Notes under the pieces: generated by a model | Database searches by the model: none | Seen by the model: the letters and a program-made list of their open reading frames with translations, nothing else | Told to the model about the DNA's origin: nothing | Part shown: piece by piece, positions 17,696 through 27,534 of the stretch | How the letters are laid out: the number at the start of each line of letters is the position of its first letter | Numbering within the stretch: position 1 is the first letter of the stretch | Assembly (NCBI GenBank): GCA_963677895.2 | Contig: CAXXGJ010000038.1 | Location: 192,001 to 256,000, forward strand | DNA: 64,000 nt | Source of the DNA: Treponemataceae bacterium | GTDB lineage: Bacteria; Spirochaetota; Spirochaetia; Treponematales; Rectinemataceae | Direction of reading: 5' to 3' | Program-made: the position numbers and the translations under genes

Positions 17696-18628
17696 TTATT
17701 CGTCCGCTTCTTCCGAAAACTCTTCCCTGGAGAAGGAGCTTTTCCTGCCCCCGGCCTTTCTGGGAGCCGTAAATTCCTTGTCCTGATCGTCCTTGTCCTG
17801 CTGGTCGTCCTCTTCGTCGGCCTCGGACTCTTCCTCACCCTCTTCCGAATAATCGGCCAGGTCGGCAAGCGAACCGGACTCGATGTCGCCGATGAATTCG
17901 GGAACCTCGTCGGTTTCCTCGAAAAACAATATGCGGGAGCAGTAAGGACAGAAGTTGACGCGGGTGTTTTCCTCATCCCTGATTTCATTGACGAAATTGG
18001 CGGGCAGGATCATATGGCAGCCGGTGCAGACGACGCCGTGGACTGGCACGACGCCCACGCCCTTCTTGTTGCGGATGATTCTCTCAAGCTTGAAGAGAAT
18101 ATCGGTGCTTATTCCTTCGGATATGACGGTTTCCCTTTCCTTGAGGTCCTTGATGTTGGCGAGCTTGCTTTCCTTCTCGTTCTCTATGGCCTTGCTCTTT
18201 TCGGCGATTTCCTGTTCGAGCATGGCGATGCCGCCCTCGGTTTTCTGGAGTTCTTCCTCGATCTCCGCGAAGGTCCGCTCTTCCTGCTGGATATCCTTGC
18301 GAAGGGTCTGCTCCTTCTCCGTGGCGTCGCGAATTTCCTTATTTATAGCCTCGTACTCGCGCTGCGTCGTGATGCCGTCCATCTGCTGTTCGGACTTCTC
18401 GCGCAGCATCTCCGCTTCCTGGAGCCCCTGCCGGAGTTCGCGAACTCTCTCTTCGGAATTCTTGAAGGCTTCATCCTTTTCCACAAAGGATTTCTTGAGG
18501 CGTGACAGCATTTCATTCTGAGCCTCGATGGTCTTGGGCAGAAGATCGATCTCTTCCTCAAGCGCCACTCTTTCGCTGAGAATTTCCTGGTATGTTTTCA
18601 GCTTTTCCAACATTTCGACTGTAGTCAT
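17696..18628 (-). CDS. Coiled-coil C4 zinc-ribbon protein (DUF164/COG1579 type) with acidic tail
   Basis: Long coiled coil (TQREYEAINKEI), then CTGCHM...FCPYCSRIL; lies downstream of rpoD. Confidence 0.88.
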   Translation of the reverse strand: MTTVEMLEKLKTYQEILSERVALEEEIDLLPKTIEAQNEMLSRLKKSFVEKDEAFKNSEERVRELRQGLQEAEMLREKSEQQMDGITTQREYEAINKEIRDATEKEQTLRKDIQQEERTFAEIEEELQKTEGGIAMLEQEIAEKSKAIENEKESKLANIKDLKERETVISEGISTDILFKLERIIRNKKGVGVVPVHGVVCTGCHMILPANFVNEIRDEENTRVNFCPYCSRILFFEETDEVPEFIGDIESGSLADLADYSEEGEEESEADEEDDQQDKDDQDKEFTAPRKAGGRKSSFSREEFSEEADE

Positions 18629-18643
18629 GCGCGTACACCCCTA

Positions 18644-20368
18644 TCAATGATCCATATAATCGCGAAGTTTCTGGCTCCGCTTGAAATGGCGTAGTTTCTT
18701 CAACGCCTTCGCTTCAATCTGGCGAATACGTTCCCTCGTAACGTTGAAATAGAGACCGACTTCCTCAAGCGTGAGCGAGTAGCCGTCGTCCAGACCGAAG
18801 CGCATCCTCAGCACTTCCTGCTCTCGTGGCGGAAGCGTGGAAAGGACCATCTTAATCTGTTCCTGGAGCAGTTTATAATCGGTCTGTATCGAAGGATTCT
18901 CGATTTCCTTGTCTTCGATGAAATCGCCGAGAAGCGAATCTTCGTCCTCGCCTATGGGCGTTTCAAGCGAAATAGGCTCCCGGGCGACATTCTTGACGCT
19001 TTTTACGCGCGAAACGGGCCAGCCCAGCTGCTCGGCGATCTCGTCGTCCGTCGGTTCGCGCCCCAGCTTCTGCATGAGCTGCCGCGATTCCCTCACCACC
19101 TTGTTGATCTGCTCGATCATGTGGACGGGAACGCGTATGGTGCGGGCCTGATCCGAAATTGAACGCGTGATGGCCTGACGTATCCACCATGTGGCGTAGG
19201 TGGAGAACTTATAGCCTTTGCGGTACTCGAATTTCTCGACCGCTTTTATGAGGCCGATATTGCCTTCCTGGACGAGGTCGAAAAAGTGCAGGCCTCTGTT
19301 CGTGTATTTCTTGGCGATTGAGACGACAAGCCTGAGGTTGGCCTTAATGAGCCTGTCCTTGGCGCTTTTCATCATTTTCCGGCCGCGGTTTATGTCCCTG
19401 GCCATGGAAATGATCTGATCGCAATCGGCTTCAAAAGCCGCTTCCAGTTCCTTCAGCTTCTTCTCAGTCACCTGGAGCTGGCGGATCTTTTCCTTGATAT
19501 CCTCGGAAGGCAGGCCTAGCTGTTCCTCGATGGCTTCCCGCTTTTCCTTGATGGTCAGATTTCTTCCGAGAACTCGTATATCGCGCATCGATGATATCTG
19601 CAGAATGCGCTGGATCCTGTCCTGCTCGCGCCGGTACTTGTTGATCTTCTTGGCGGCGTTTATGAACTTTTCGGAGAAAGAGCCGATTTCCTCGGGATGT
19701 ATCTCCGTATCCTTGATCTTTTCGAGAAGCACTTCTCTTTTTTTTACGAGATCGCCTTCGGTGAAAATGTCACCGCCCTTGGCAAGGATTTTCTTCTTAA
19801 GATCCACATAATCGCGGAGGTCGGTTAGGTTGTCTCGTATGACATCGCGGTAGAACTGATTCAGTCTCCTGCGTTCCGCGATCTTTTCCGTATTTTCCTT
19901 GCGCTGCCCCGTGGAGTCTTTCGCTTCCTTGCGCAATGCCTTGACGGTGAGCTGGTAGAACTCGGGTATAAGCATGCCCGACTTGCGGAGAATGGCTTTG
20001 ATTATCTCTTCGCCTTCCTCCATCATCTTGGAAAGTTCGACTTCCTGATCCGCCGTGAGCAGATGTTCCTTACCTATCTCGTAAAGATAGAGGCGTATGG
20101 GGTCGTCGCTGCCCGATTCCTTCGAATTGTTGACCAGACGCTTGTTCTCCAGTTCCTTTTTGAGCGTCTGCTCGTCTTCGATCTGGATATCCTCTTCTTC
20201 CAGCTGGATGTTGTTGGCTTCCAGCAGCGCGAGGATGGCGTCTATCTTCTCGGAATTGAGAACAGACTCAGGAAGAAAATCAGAGAGTTCATCGAAGCTG
20301 ATGGACTTTTTTTCTTTCGCGTATTCGAGCAGCTTCGCAATGGCGGGGTCGAGTTCTACATCACTCAT
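18644..20368 (-). CDS. rpoD: RNA polymerase primary sigma factor
   Basis: [54 protein letters not shown]. Confidence 0.97.
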   Translation of the reverse strand: MSDVELDPAIAKLLEYAKEKKSISFDELSDFLPESVLNSEKIDAILALLEANNIQLEEEDIQIEDEQTLKKELENKRLVNNSKESGSDDPIRLYLYEIGKEHLLTADQEVELSKMMEEGEEIIKAILRKSGMLIPEFYQLTVKALRKEAKDSTGQRKENTEKIAERRRLNQFYRDVIRDNLTDLRDYVDLKKKILAKGGDIFTEGDLVKKREVLLEKIKDTEIHPEEIGSFSEKFINAAKKINKYRREQDRIQRILQISSMRDIRVLGRNLTIKEKREAIEEQLGLPSEDIKEKIRQLQVTEKKLKELEAAFEADCDQIISMARDINRGRKMMKSAKDRLIKANLRLVVSIAKKYTNRGLHFFDLVQEGNIGLIKAVEKFEYRKGYKFSTYATWWIRQAITRSISDQARTIRVPVHMIEQINKVVRESRQLMQKLGREPTDDEIAEQLGWPVSRVKSVKNVAREPISLETPIGEDEDSLLGDFIEDKEIENPSIQTDYKLLQEQIKMVLSTLPPREQEVLRMRFGLDDGYSLTLEEVGLYFNVTRERIRQIEAKALKKLRHFKRSQKLRDYMDH

Positions 20369-22190
20369 CGACTTCACCTTTTAAACGTGCAATTTTAACA
20401 TCAAGTTGCATCTTTTTTTTCAACAGATCAACCACGGTTTCCTGAATTTCGGCAGAAGAGGTCTCCACCATTACCGAAGCATCGCCGTTTTTTTGCGATG
20501 TACGGCCAATTTCCGCAATTAGACGCATTCGTTTCCTTTCCAGCGATCGGATCTGAACGGATTTTATTCCGTCGCTTATGACGGTTTCCAGTCCCTGATC
20601 CAGCTCACCGGATGCCGCAACGGCAAGGACAAAGCGTTTTGCGGCGTCATCGTTTGTTAAGGAGAGAATCGAGGTGGTCTCCTTTGCATCGCGAAGGGAT
20701 GCTTCCTCGAGAGCGAAAAAAAGATCCCGGGCTCGCGGGTCATCCAGATCGTCGGAACGTATCGATTCTTTTACCTGCAAAAAAGCCTCAGGAAACAAGA
20801 CGACGGCCGTCATGAAAAAAAGGTCGGCTGTTCTCGCCCCAAAATTTCCGGTCCGGCGAGGAACGGGATTGTCTTTCCCGTTCCGGAAAGCCTGGTTTCC
20901 GTCTATAGCCTTAGCCTTCAGATAATCCGTCAACAGCCCGCTCGGGTTGATTCCCATCCTGCGGCCCACGATATCAAGAAAGCCGTTGCGCTTTACCTCG
21001 GAATCGAGAGCGTCAAGGTACGGATAGAAAAACACCGATGCCTTGGATTTGCCATCCATGGATCCCAGATCGAAAAGCTCTTCGGCTCTGCGAATAAGGA
21101 AATCTCCGCTATTTATACTGTATTCCGCAACCTTTTTCAATGCGTCGGCTCCAAAATTCTCCAGAATTTCGGAAGCGTCTTTTCCTTCTGACATCAAGAC
21201 TACGCTGGTATCGAGACCGTTGCCGCTCGCGATGGAACAAGCCCTCTCGGCGGCTTTCTTCCCCGCGTCATCCGAATCGAAACAGAGGGATACGCGTTCG
21301 GCCCTCCGCCGTATCAGCGCGGCCTGTTTCGTCGTGAATGCCGTTCCCAGCGGAGCCACGGCGTTCTTGATTCCAGCCGCGTGAAAGGACAGCGCGTCCA
21401 TGTAGCCTTCGCATATGAGCGCCGAATTTTTTTCCTTGATGGCAGAAAGAGCCTTGTCGAAAGCGAAGAGGTTTTCCTGCTTGTGAAAAATGGCCGTATC
21501 AGGGCTGTTGATGTACTTAGGTCCATCGCCGTGGATAAGCCTTCCCCCAAAAGCGATCACCCTTCCCCGCTGATCGGCTATCGGAAACATTATGCGATCG
21601 CAGAACAGAGGATATCGTTTGTTGCGCGCCGAGAAAAAGCCGGTTCTCTCCAGAAATTCCGGAGAAAAGCCCTTGCCGACGAGGAATCGGTGGAGCCAAG
21701 CCGGATCAGCCGGCGCGTAGCCCAGCCTGAAAGAGTCTATAAGTTCGCTTGGGATTTTCCGCTTGGTGAGTATTCCCAAAGCTTCGGCTCCTGAATCATG
21801 CTCGCGCAGAAGCCAATGGAAGGCTATCGCCAATTTCTCATAGAGCACGTAAAGCTGGTTTCTTTCCGATTCTTCCTTGTCCGAGAAAGAATTATCAGCA
21901 GGCAAGGCGATATGGGCGCGTTCGGCGAGCTCGCCAACGGCTTCGGGAAACGAAAGCTTATCCGTTTCCATGAGGAAATCGATGAGAGATCCGCCTTTCT
22001 GGCATCCAAAACAATAATAAAGCCCCCGCTCGGCATCGACGGAAAAAGATGGGGTTTTTTCGGAATGGAAGGGGCATAATCCCCACCATTTGCCGCCTTT
22101 TTTCGCCAGCCTTACTTTTTCCTGAAAAACAGTGAGATAGTTCGTTTTATCGAGGATTTCCTGGATCAATGTTTCCGGTAGTCTGCTCAT
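20361..22190 (-). CDS. dnaG: DNA primase
   Basis: CHC2 zinc finger (CPFH...CFGC), PKYINSP, TOPRIM EGYMD and FDSD. Confidence 0.97.
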   Translation of the reverse strand: MSRLPETLIQEILDKTNYLTVFQEKVRLAKKGGKWWGLCPFHSEKTPSFSVDAERGLYYCFGCQKGGSLIDFLMETDKLSFPEAVGELAERAHIALPADNSFSDKEESERNQLYVLYEKLAIAFHWLLREHDSGAEALGILTKRKIPSELIDSFRLGYAPADPAWLHRFLVGKGFSPEFLERTGFFSARNKRYPLFCDRIMFPIADQRGRVIAFGGRLIHGDGPKYINSPDTAIFHKQENLFAFDKALSAIKEKNSALICEGYMDALSFHAAGIKNAVAPLGTAFTTKQAALIRRRAERVSLCFDSDDAGKKAAERACSIASGNGLDTSVVLMSEGKDASEILENFGADALKKVAEYSINSGDFLIRRAEELFDLGSMDGKSKASVFFYPYLDALDSEVKRNGFLDIVGRRMGINPSGLLTDYLKAKAIDGNQAFRNGKDNPVPRRTGNFGARTADLFFMTAVVLFPEAFLQVKESIRSDDLDDPRARDLFFALEEASLRDAKETTSILSLTNDDAAKRFVLAVAASGELDQGLETVISDGIKSVQIRSLERKRMRLIAEIGRTSQKNGDASVMVETSSAEIQETVVDLLKKKMQLDVKIARLKGEVDE

Positions 22191-22196
22191 CGCTCT

Positions 22197-23213
22197 TCAG
22201 AATCCTTTGACCGGTATGACTTCGCCGGTATGTTCCTCGAAGGTTTTGGAAAATTTATGCGTACCCTCGGAGTTCCCCATGACCCTGAAGTAAAGATAAT
22301 CACTTTTGGGGCTGTTGAATACGGCGCGAAGGGCCGTTTCGCCCGGATTGGATATCGGACCGGGAGGAAGCCCGCGGTGGATATAGCTGTTGTATGGATC
22401 GGGTATTTCCAGATCGGAGTAATAGACGACTTGAGGGTGAGGCTTAAGCTGTTTTTCCGTGATGATATAGACGATCGTGGCGCATGATTGAAGCGCCATA
22501 TTGATCTTCAGCCTGTTCTTGAAAACCGACGCGATGAGGCCAGCCTCCGATTCGACGCCGTATTCGCGCTCGACAATCGAAGCGAGAATCACATCTTCGT
22601 AGAGTTTCGCCGGATCGATTTTTTTGCCGGGAAGGATTTTTTCCAACTTTGTGAAAAACGTCTGGGCCATGACGAGGACGATCTGCTCCGGATTGCTGTT
22701 CTCCGAGAACAGGTACGTATCGGGGAAGAGGAAGCCCTCGAAGCTTGGACCGGATATTCCGGCATGGTCGATTAAGGTTGGATTGCGGACGGCGGCTAAA
22801 AAGCCGTCCTTGCTGCAGACACCGGCTTTCTCAAGAATGCCGGCGATGACTCTGGATGTTGTGCCTTCCGGTATCGTCACCTGGATCTGCATGGTCCTGC
22901 CCTCGGTCAAGGTAGCTACGATAGCGGGAATGCTGGCGCCTTGGGCAATTTTATATGTTCCGGCCTTCAGTTTTCTGTCGGATCCCGTAATCCTCAGATA
23001 GAGCTGGAAAAGCAACCGGTTCTGGATAAGTTGTTCCCGCTGCAGTACGGAAGCCACTTCGCTCGCCGTAGAACCTTTCGCGACACGCAGGACCTTTTCG
23101 GGAGAGCCTGTACCGCCGCCCGGAACCGAGAACGTAAGCGCGAGAATGACAGCGACGAGAACGAGGGCGGCAAGAACGACAAGGCCGGTCCGCATCGCGG
23201 GGTTCTTCATCAT
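22197..23213 (-). CDS. mltG: Endolytic transglycosylase MltG
   Basis: TIPEG, EGFLFPDTY, LASIVERE, GLPPGPISNPG. Confidence 0.95.
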   Translation of the reverse strand: MMKNPAMRTGLVVLAALVLVAVILALTFSVPGGGTGSPEKVLRVAKGSTASEVASVLQREQLIQNRLLFQLYLRITGSDRKLKAGTYKIAQGASIPAIVATLTEGRTMQIQVTIPEGTTSRVIAGILEKAGVCSKDGFLAAVRNPTLIDHAGISGPSFEGFLFPDTYLFSENSNPEQIVLVMAQTFFTKLEKILPGKKIDPAKLYEDVILASIVEREYGVESEAGLIASVFKNRLKINMALQSCATIVYIITEKQLKPHPQVVYYSDLEIPDPYNSYIHRGLPPGPISNPGETALRAVFNSPKSDYLYFRVMGNSEGTHKFSKTFEEHTGEVIPVKGF

Positions 23214-23674
23214 AGGCTCTCCACGCTCCCTTTTTGCGGGAACAAGCGACGCGGCTCGGATCTACGCTCAAGTACATACTCGGCGATTTTTTCCGGCGCG
23301 ACGAGATCACCTTTGCCTATTCCCGGACAGTATGATGCTTCCGCCGCCCAAGTTTTCCTGGATTCAAGGATCTCTTCCCAGAAAGGATAGGTTCTGCATT
23401 GAATAGGCCTGGCGGCATAGACGGAGCATTTTCCCGCATCGAGGAAGACGCAGTCGTATCCTGCCTTTTCCCTTATGCTGAGCGCCCTTCCGTTCTCCAC
23501 ATCGACGTACTTGCAGTACTTCCTGACAAATGCGTTGAAATCCGTTCCTAGATATTCACAAAGGCGGGTTATATCGGATTGGCCGAGCCAGACATATCCA
23601 GGAGAGCCGGTGCAGCAAAATGAACATTCTTTGCATTCAAACGACAACCCGCACCGATTGGCTTCTTCGAACAC
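23210..23674 (-). CDS. YkgJ-family cysteine cluster protein
   Basis: CxxCxxCC, CVFL, CSVYAARPIQCRTYPF. Confidence 0.88.
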   Translation of the reverse strand: MFEEANRCGLSFECKECSFCCTGSPGYVWLGQSDITRLCEYLGTDFNAFVRKYCKYVDVENGRALSIREKAGYDCVFLDAGKCSVYAARPIQCRTYPFWEEILESRKTWAAEASYCPGIGKGDLVAPEKIAEYVLERRSEPRRLFPQKGSVESL

Positions 23675-23713
23675 TGTGACGCTCCGAGTTATTCAAGATA
23701 CCGCTTTTCCAGA

Positions 23714-23745
23714 AATAAAAAAACCTCCTCGATAAGAGGAGGTTT
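23714..23745 (-). terminator. Intrinsic terminator after the tRNA-Thr/tRNA-Tyr pair
   Basis: Minus strand AAACCTCCTC-TTATC-GAGGAGGTTT followed by a T-rich run. Confidence 0.8.
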
Positions 23746-23828
23746 TGGGGAGAGAAGGATTTGAACCTTCGAAGGCGTAAGCCAACAGATTTACAGTCTG
23801 CCCCCTTTGACCACTCGGGAATCTCCCC
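23746..23828 (-). tRNA. tRNA-Tyr(GTA)
   Basis: GGGGAGA/TCTCCCC acceptor stem, anticodon loop CTGTAAA, long variable arm, TTCAAAT T-loop; CCA not encoded. Confidence 0.97.
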
Positions 23829-23857
23829 AAAACAGGGCACTTCTAAAACACCCCTCG

Positions 23858-23930
23858 AGCCATCTCCCGGAATCGAACCGGGGACCCCGAGATTACAAGT
23901 CACGTGCTCTGCCAGCTGAGCTAAGATGGC
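23858..23930 (-). tRNA. tRNA-Thr(TGT)
   Basis: GCCATCT/AGATGGC acceptor stem, anticodon loop CTTGTAA, TTCGATT T-loop; CCA not encoded. Confidence 0.96.
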
Positions 23931-23946
23931 GCAGGCAACGAAACCG

Positions 23947-23976
23947 ACTATACATAAAAGCAGCGGATTGCGTCAA
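23947..23976 (-). promoter_or_regulatory. Sigma70-type promoter for the tRNA-Thr/Tyr pair
   Basis: Minus strand TTGACG-18 nt-TATAGT just upstream of tRNA-Thr. Confidence 0.6.
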
Positions 23977-24002
23977 GAGCCATCGCTGCTTTATTTCCCC
24001 GA

Positions 24003-24761
24003 TCAGGAGAAAACCGAACCGTTCCATGCCGCAGGATGCGCGGCTTCCGGATGGATGTTCACGAGACTTACGGCGATGAAGCCTTCGGATACGGCATGAT
24101 GGTCCGACTGGAGGTCGAAAGCCCTTTCGTTGCGTCCCTCGGCCAGAAAGCAGTACATATAGCCATCGGCGCCGTCGAAGCACTTCAGGTTGTCATAATA
24201 TTTATTCCTGCCCGGGACGGTCCAGCGCGCGGATAGATTTTCATCCGACGAGGATGGGCCGTTGATATTGATGAAACTGTTGGTCTTCCATGCCGCCATA
24301 AGCTGATCGAGATTTTTGGCGACAAAGGCGGCGCAGGCGCGATAGTCGAGCGGAGGCTGATATTTCGCGCAGGAGACGGCGATGGCCGGAATTCCCACGA
24401 GAGCCGCCTGCCTTGCGGCGCCGCATGTCCCCGAATAGATTATGTCGGTGCCGAGATTGGGCCCCCTGTTTATGCCCGAGATCACGAGATCGGGCATCCC
24501 GTCCATGACCTTGAGGCCGGCGACTATGACACAGTCAGCGGGCGTGCCCGAACAGGTGTAGGTGCCCTCGGATAGTTTTTTCACCTTGGTCGGACGCCTC
24601 AGCGTCATGGCGTGTGAAACGCCTGAACGCTCTCCCTCGGGCGCGATGACGATGATTTCGTGTTTTTTCCCATCGCTCGCGGTCACCGCTTTCAGATAGC
24701 TTTCAAGGACATCGAGCCCTTCGGCGTCGATGCCATCATCGTTTGTCAGAAGAATCCTCAT
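24003..24761 (-). CDS. surE: 5'/3'-nucleotidase SurE
   Basis: ILLTNDDG, GTPADCV, SGINRGPN, YSGT. Confidence 0.96.
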   Translation of the reverse strand: MRILLTNDDGIDAEGLDVLESYLKAVTASDGKKHEIIVIAPEGERSGVSHAMTLRRPTKVKKLSEGTYTCSGTPADCVIVAGLKVMDGMPDLVISGINRGPNLGTDIIYSGTCGAARQAALVGIPAIAVSCAKYQPPLDYRACAAFVAKNLDQLMAAWKTNSFININGPSSSDENLSARWTVPGRNKYYDNLKCFDGADGYMYCFLAEGRNERAFDLQSDHHAVSEGFIAVSLVNIHPEAAHPAAWNGSVFS

Positions 24762-24816
24762 GCATTACTCCGGGTAGTTTTTTGCTGTCCATGACTTCCT
24801 GCGGCCCAAAATTTCT

Positions 24817-25965
24817 TCAGTACGTTACCACTCTCAAGCCGCCATTTATCGAGGTTTCATATATCTGTGCCTTGAAACCGAAAATTCTTTCATATTCCTC
24901 GAGACGCTTCCGGTATTCTTCGATGGCATCCTGTTTCATCACGGAAAAAATACAGCCGCCGAATCCCGGACCCGTCATGCGCGAACAGAGAATCCCGTCG
25001 ATCTCCAGCGACCGCTTCACGAGCCAGTCGACTTCGGGGCAGGATATTTCATAGTGGTTTCTCAAGGATGCGTGCGACTTGTTCATGATCCTGCCGAAGG
25101 CCAGGGCGTCCTGCTTAGCCAAAGCATCTTCGGCTTCCAGAACCCTGGAAGTCTCCTCGACGACATGGATGCATCGTCTTCGTACGCTCTCCGGCAAAAC
25201 CCCCATGAGTTCGTCGAGGTCCGATATTCGAACATCCCTCAACGTCTTGTTCCCTCTGGGTGAAATATACTGGAGGCATCGTCTGCAATCGTCGGCGCGC
25301 TGCTTAAGCTCGAGCTCGGCCGAGGCTCGAGGCACGCGAGAATCCGTAAGAACGAGATTCCACGTTTCGTCCAGGAATTGCACGGCCCTTCTGCGGGGAA
25401 TCCTCAGATCGATTATGGAAAGCGATCGAATCCCGGGGGCTATGCCCGCGAGATAATCATACATGGGCAAGGGTTTTTCCATAAAAACGGACTGGGCCTT
25501 GCATGCGAGCTCGGCGAGTTCCTCATTCTTGATGGAGAGGTTGAAAACGGTCTTGAGCGCCAGGGCCGTGGCCATGTTTATGGCGGCGGAAATGCCGAGG
25601 CCCAAACCCTGCGGCACATTTCCGCTTATCGTGACATTTATTCCCTTTCCCTGAAAATCATAGAGTTTGGAGAAATAATCATAGATGGATTTGACGTGGT
25701 TGGCCCAGCGATCTTCGCGCTTGAACTTCAGAGTTCCCGTGGAGGCTCTCTTGCGTTCGCCCAGGTCGGAAGCGAAAAACCGCATGGAAGAATCTTTGCG
25801 CTGGGAAATGGCGACCTTCATTTCATAGGAGATCGCCGCCGCCAGGACGATGCCGTCGCTGTTGGCGGTATGTTCCCCAAGAAGCTTGACCGTCGCCGGC
25901 GCGGAGGCTACACAGGCTGGAGAGGCTTCATATTCGGCCAGGTGGACCGCGAAGATATCTTTCAT
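24817..25965 (-). CDS. Galactokinase-like GHMP kinase with degenerate substrate motifs
   Basis: GEHT, PQGLGLGISAA, SHASLR..YEISCPEVD and RMTGPGFGG; several canonical GalK residues are substituted. Confidence 0.8.
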   Translation of the reverse strand: MKDIFAVHLAEYEASPACVASAPATVKLLGEHTANSDGIVLAAAISYEMKVAISQRKDSSMRFFASDLGERKRASTGTLKFKREDRWANHVKSIYDYFSKLYDFQGKGINVTISGNVPQGLGLGISAAINMATALALKTVFNLSIKNEELAELACKAQSVFMEKPLPMYDYLAGIAPGIRSLSIIDLRIPRRRAVQFLDETWNLVLTDSRVPRASAELELKQRADDCRRCLQYISPRGNKTLRDVRISDLDELMGVLPESVRRRCIHVVEETSRVLEAEDALAKQDALAFGRIMNKSHASLRNHYEISCPEVDWLVKRSLEIDGILCSRMTGPGFGGCIFSVMKQDAIEEYRKRLEEYERIFGFKAQIYETSINGGLRVVTY

Positions 25966-26033
25966 CAATCCTTCTTTTCAGTAATTATCCGCGGCAAGCG
26001 GTCAAAACATACAATAGAATCATTTTACAATAC

Positions 26034-26369
26034 TTATCGCGTCGGTTCAACAAAAAAAGCACCGCTCGCCTTCATCAATTTCTTCAGCTTATGTATTTGT
26101 ATCTCCGCGTCTTTCAGCTCGGCTTCATAGCGTCGGCGCTCGAGCACCTTGGCTTCCACGCCCTTCGTCTTCCAGGTGCCCAGTTTTCCGATATACTCCG
26201 TGACGACCTTGCCGTTTTCACGCTTTACGAGGTAGACATAGCTGCCGTTTCCCCGCTTCTTGATCGCGAGCGAACCCTTGGGTCTCTGAAGACATTCTTC
26301 CCTAAGCCTGGTTACGGAACGGTATAAATGCAGGTATTCGCTTTGCAGCATCGTTTCTATCGCGCTCAT
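26034..26369 (-). CDS. Small basic hypothetical protein, possibly nucleic-acid binding
   Basis: 111 aa; GAGG SD; PKGS-x-KKRG-x-YVYL-x-RENGKVVTEYIG beta-rich core flanked by predicted helices. Confidence 0.7.
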   Translation of the reverse strand: MSAIETMLQSEYLHLYRSVTRLREECLQRPKGSLAIKKRGNGSYVYLVKRENGKVVTEYIGKLGTWKTKGVEAKVLERRRYEAELKDAEIQIHKLKKLMKASGAFFVEPTR

Positions 26370-26473
26370 CCATCGGCCTCAATAGATATATACCATATAA
26401 GCACAAATTGAGGAAGGAGTTTTCATTTTTCTTTTAAAAAATACAAAAGCGCGAAGGAACAATCCATAAAAAA

Positions 26474-26547
26474 TGAGCGATGCGCGATTCGAACGCGCGA
26501 CCTTCGGCTCCGGAGGCCGACGCTCTATCCAGCTGAGCTAATCGCCC
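26474..26547 (-). tRNA. tRNA-Arg(CCG)
   Basis: GGGCGAT/ATCGCTC acceptor stem, TCGGC-CTCCGGA-GCCGA anticodon arm, TTCGAAT T-loop; CCA not encoded. Confidence 0.96.
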
Positions 26548-26692
26548 TTGATTCTTCTCAAGGCGAGAGCGCGTCTGGCGCTCCCCGAAAGGAGTTTCAT
26601 ACTAGTACGCGCGCCCGATGATAGTCAATAAGACTCCCCGTCAAACACCCTCCCCCCTAGACCCCCGGACTCTTTTTATTCAATATCTACGC

Positions 26693-27340
26693 ATGGAAAC
26701 GATAATGCTGGCCTCCTCCTCCCCCCGCCGGAAGGAGATTCTCCGTTCACTTTCCGTGCCTTTCGAGGTCCTTCATCCCGATATAGACGAAAGCGTCTGC
26801 GATCACCTGGTTCCCGAGCACAGGGTCGTGGCGCTGGCCGAGAAAAAGGCTTTAGCGGGAATGGCTATGATGCAACGCGAGGCCGATACCGGGGCGGCCG
26901 TCCTGGAACGCGATAAGAAGTCGCGGCTTCTTCTCTCCGCCGACACGCTGGTGGCCTTCCATCGTTCCGGAAAATGGAAAACGATAGGCAAACCCGCCGA
27001 CAGGGCCGAAGCCAAGACAATGCTCGCCTATATGGCCGGCAAGACGCATACAGTTTTCTCCGGGCTTTGCCTTCTCGATCTGGAGAGCGGCATACGCCAT
27101 ACCGCATGCTCCTCTACGAAGGTGCGCTTCGCCCCGATGTCGGAAAGAGAAATCGAAGGGTATCTGGATACCGACGAATGGCGGGGAGCTGCCGGCGCCT
27201 ACCGCGTCCAGGGCTGCGGTTCCTGCTTCATCGAGGCGATGAAAGGATCATGGTCCTGCGTGGTGGGCTTGCCAATCCGCGAGCTTTATGGCATTCTCAT
27301 AGACGCTGATTACGACTTCGGAGCTACCGGGCGCACCTAG
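26693..27340 (+). CDS. maf: Maf-family nucleoside triphosphate pyrophosphatase
   Basis: LASSSPRR, IDES, LAEKKA, ADT, GKP, AGAY, VVGLP. Start set at ATG 26693. Confidence 0.92.
   Translation: METIMLASSSPRRKEILRSLSVPFEVLHPDIDESVCDHLVPEHRVVALAEKKALAGMAMMQREADTGAAVLERDKKSRLLLSADTLVAFHRSGKWKTIGKPADRAEAKTMLAYMAGKTHTVFSGLCLLDLESGIRHTACSSTKVRFAPMSEREIEGYLDTDEWRGAAGAYRVQGCGSCFIEAMKGSWSCVVGLPIRELYGILIDADYDFGATGRT
27269..27297 (+). promoter_or_regulatory. Candidate rpsB promoter inside the 3' end of maf
   Basis: TTGCCA-17 nt-CATTCT, with TG in the extended -10 position. Confidence 0.45.
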
Positions 27341-27521
27341 CTGTACTAGAAACTTCCGCACCCTGCTGCACGTGAATACTTCCGGCCTCCGATCGTACCA
27401 GCATAACGGCGCTTCAAGCGCCGGGGCTGGCGCCGCCGCGGCGATGCCAGCTTAATCTTCCGCCCGGCGATGGCGACATTCCGGGACGAGAATCAGAGAA
27501 GGGGATCAGGTTAGCCTGATC
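27306..27521 (+). promoter_or_regulatory. Structured rpsB leader / candidate ncRNA
   Basis: Nested long-range helices (CTGATT/AATCAG, CCGGGCG/CGCCCGG, AGCTG/CAGCT), an inner hairpin at 27398-27430, and GATCAGG-TTAG-CCTGATC just before the SD. Confidence 0.5.
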
Positions 27522-27534
27522 ACGGGAGGAACTC

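Noticed and set aside
23637..24183. Small ORFs spanning the tRNA genes
   Set aside because: Explained by tRNA-Tyr, tRNA-Thr and the surE overlap.
25966..26547. Possible integrated element at tRNA-Arg
   Set aside because: No integrase and no duplicated tRNA 3' end were found; only the orphan gene is reported.
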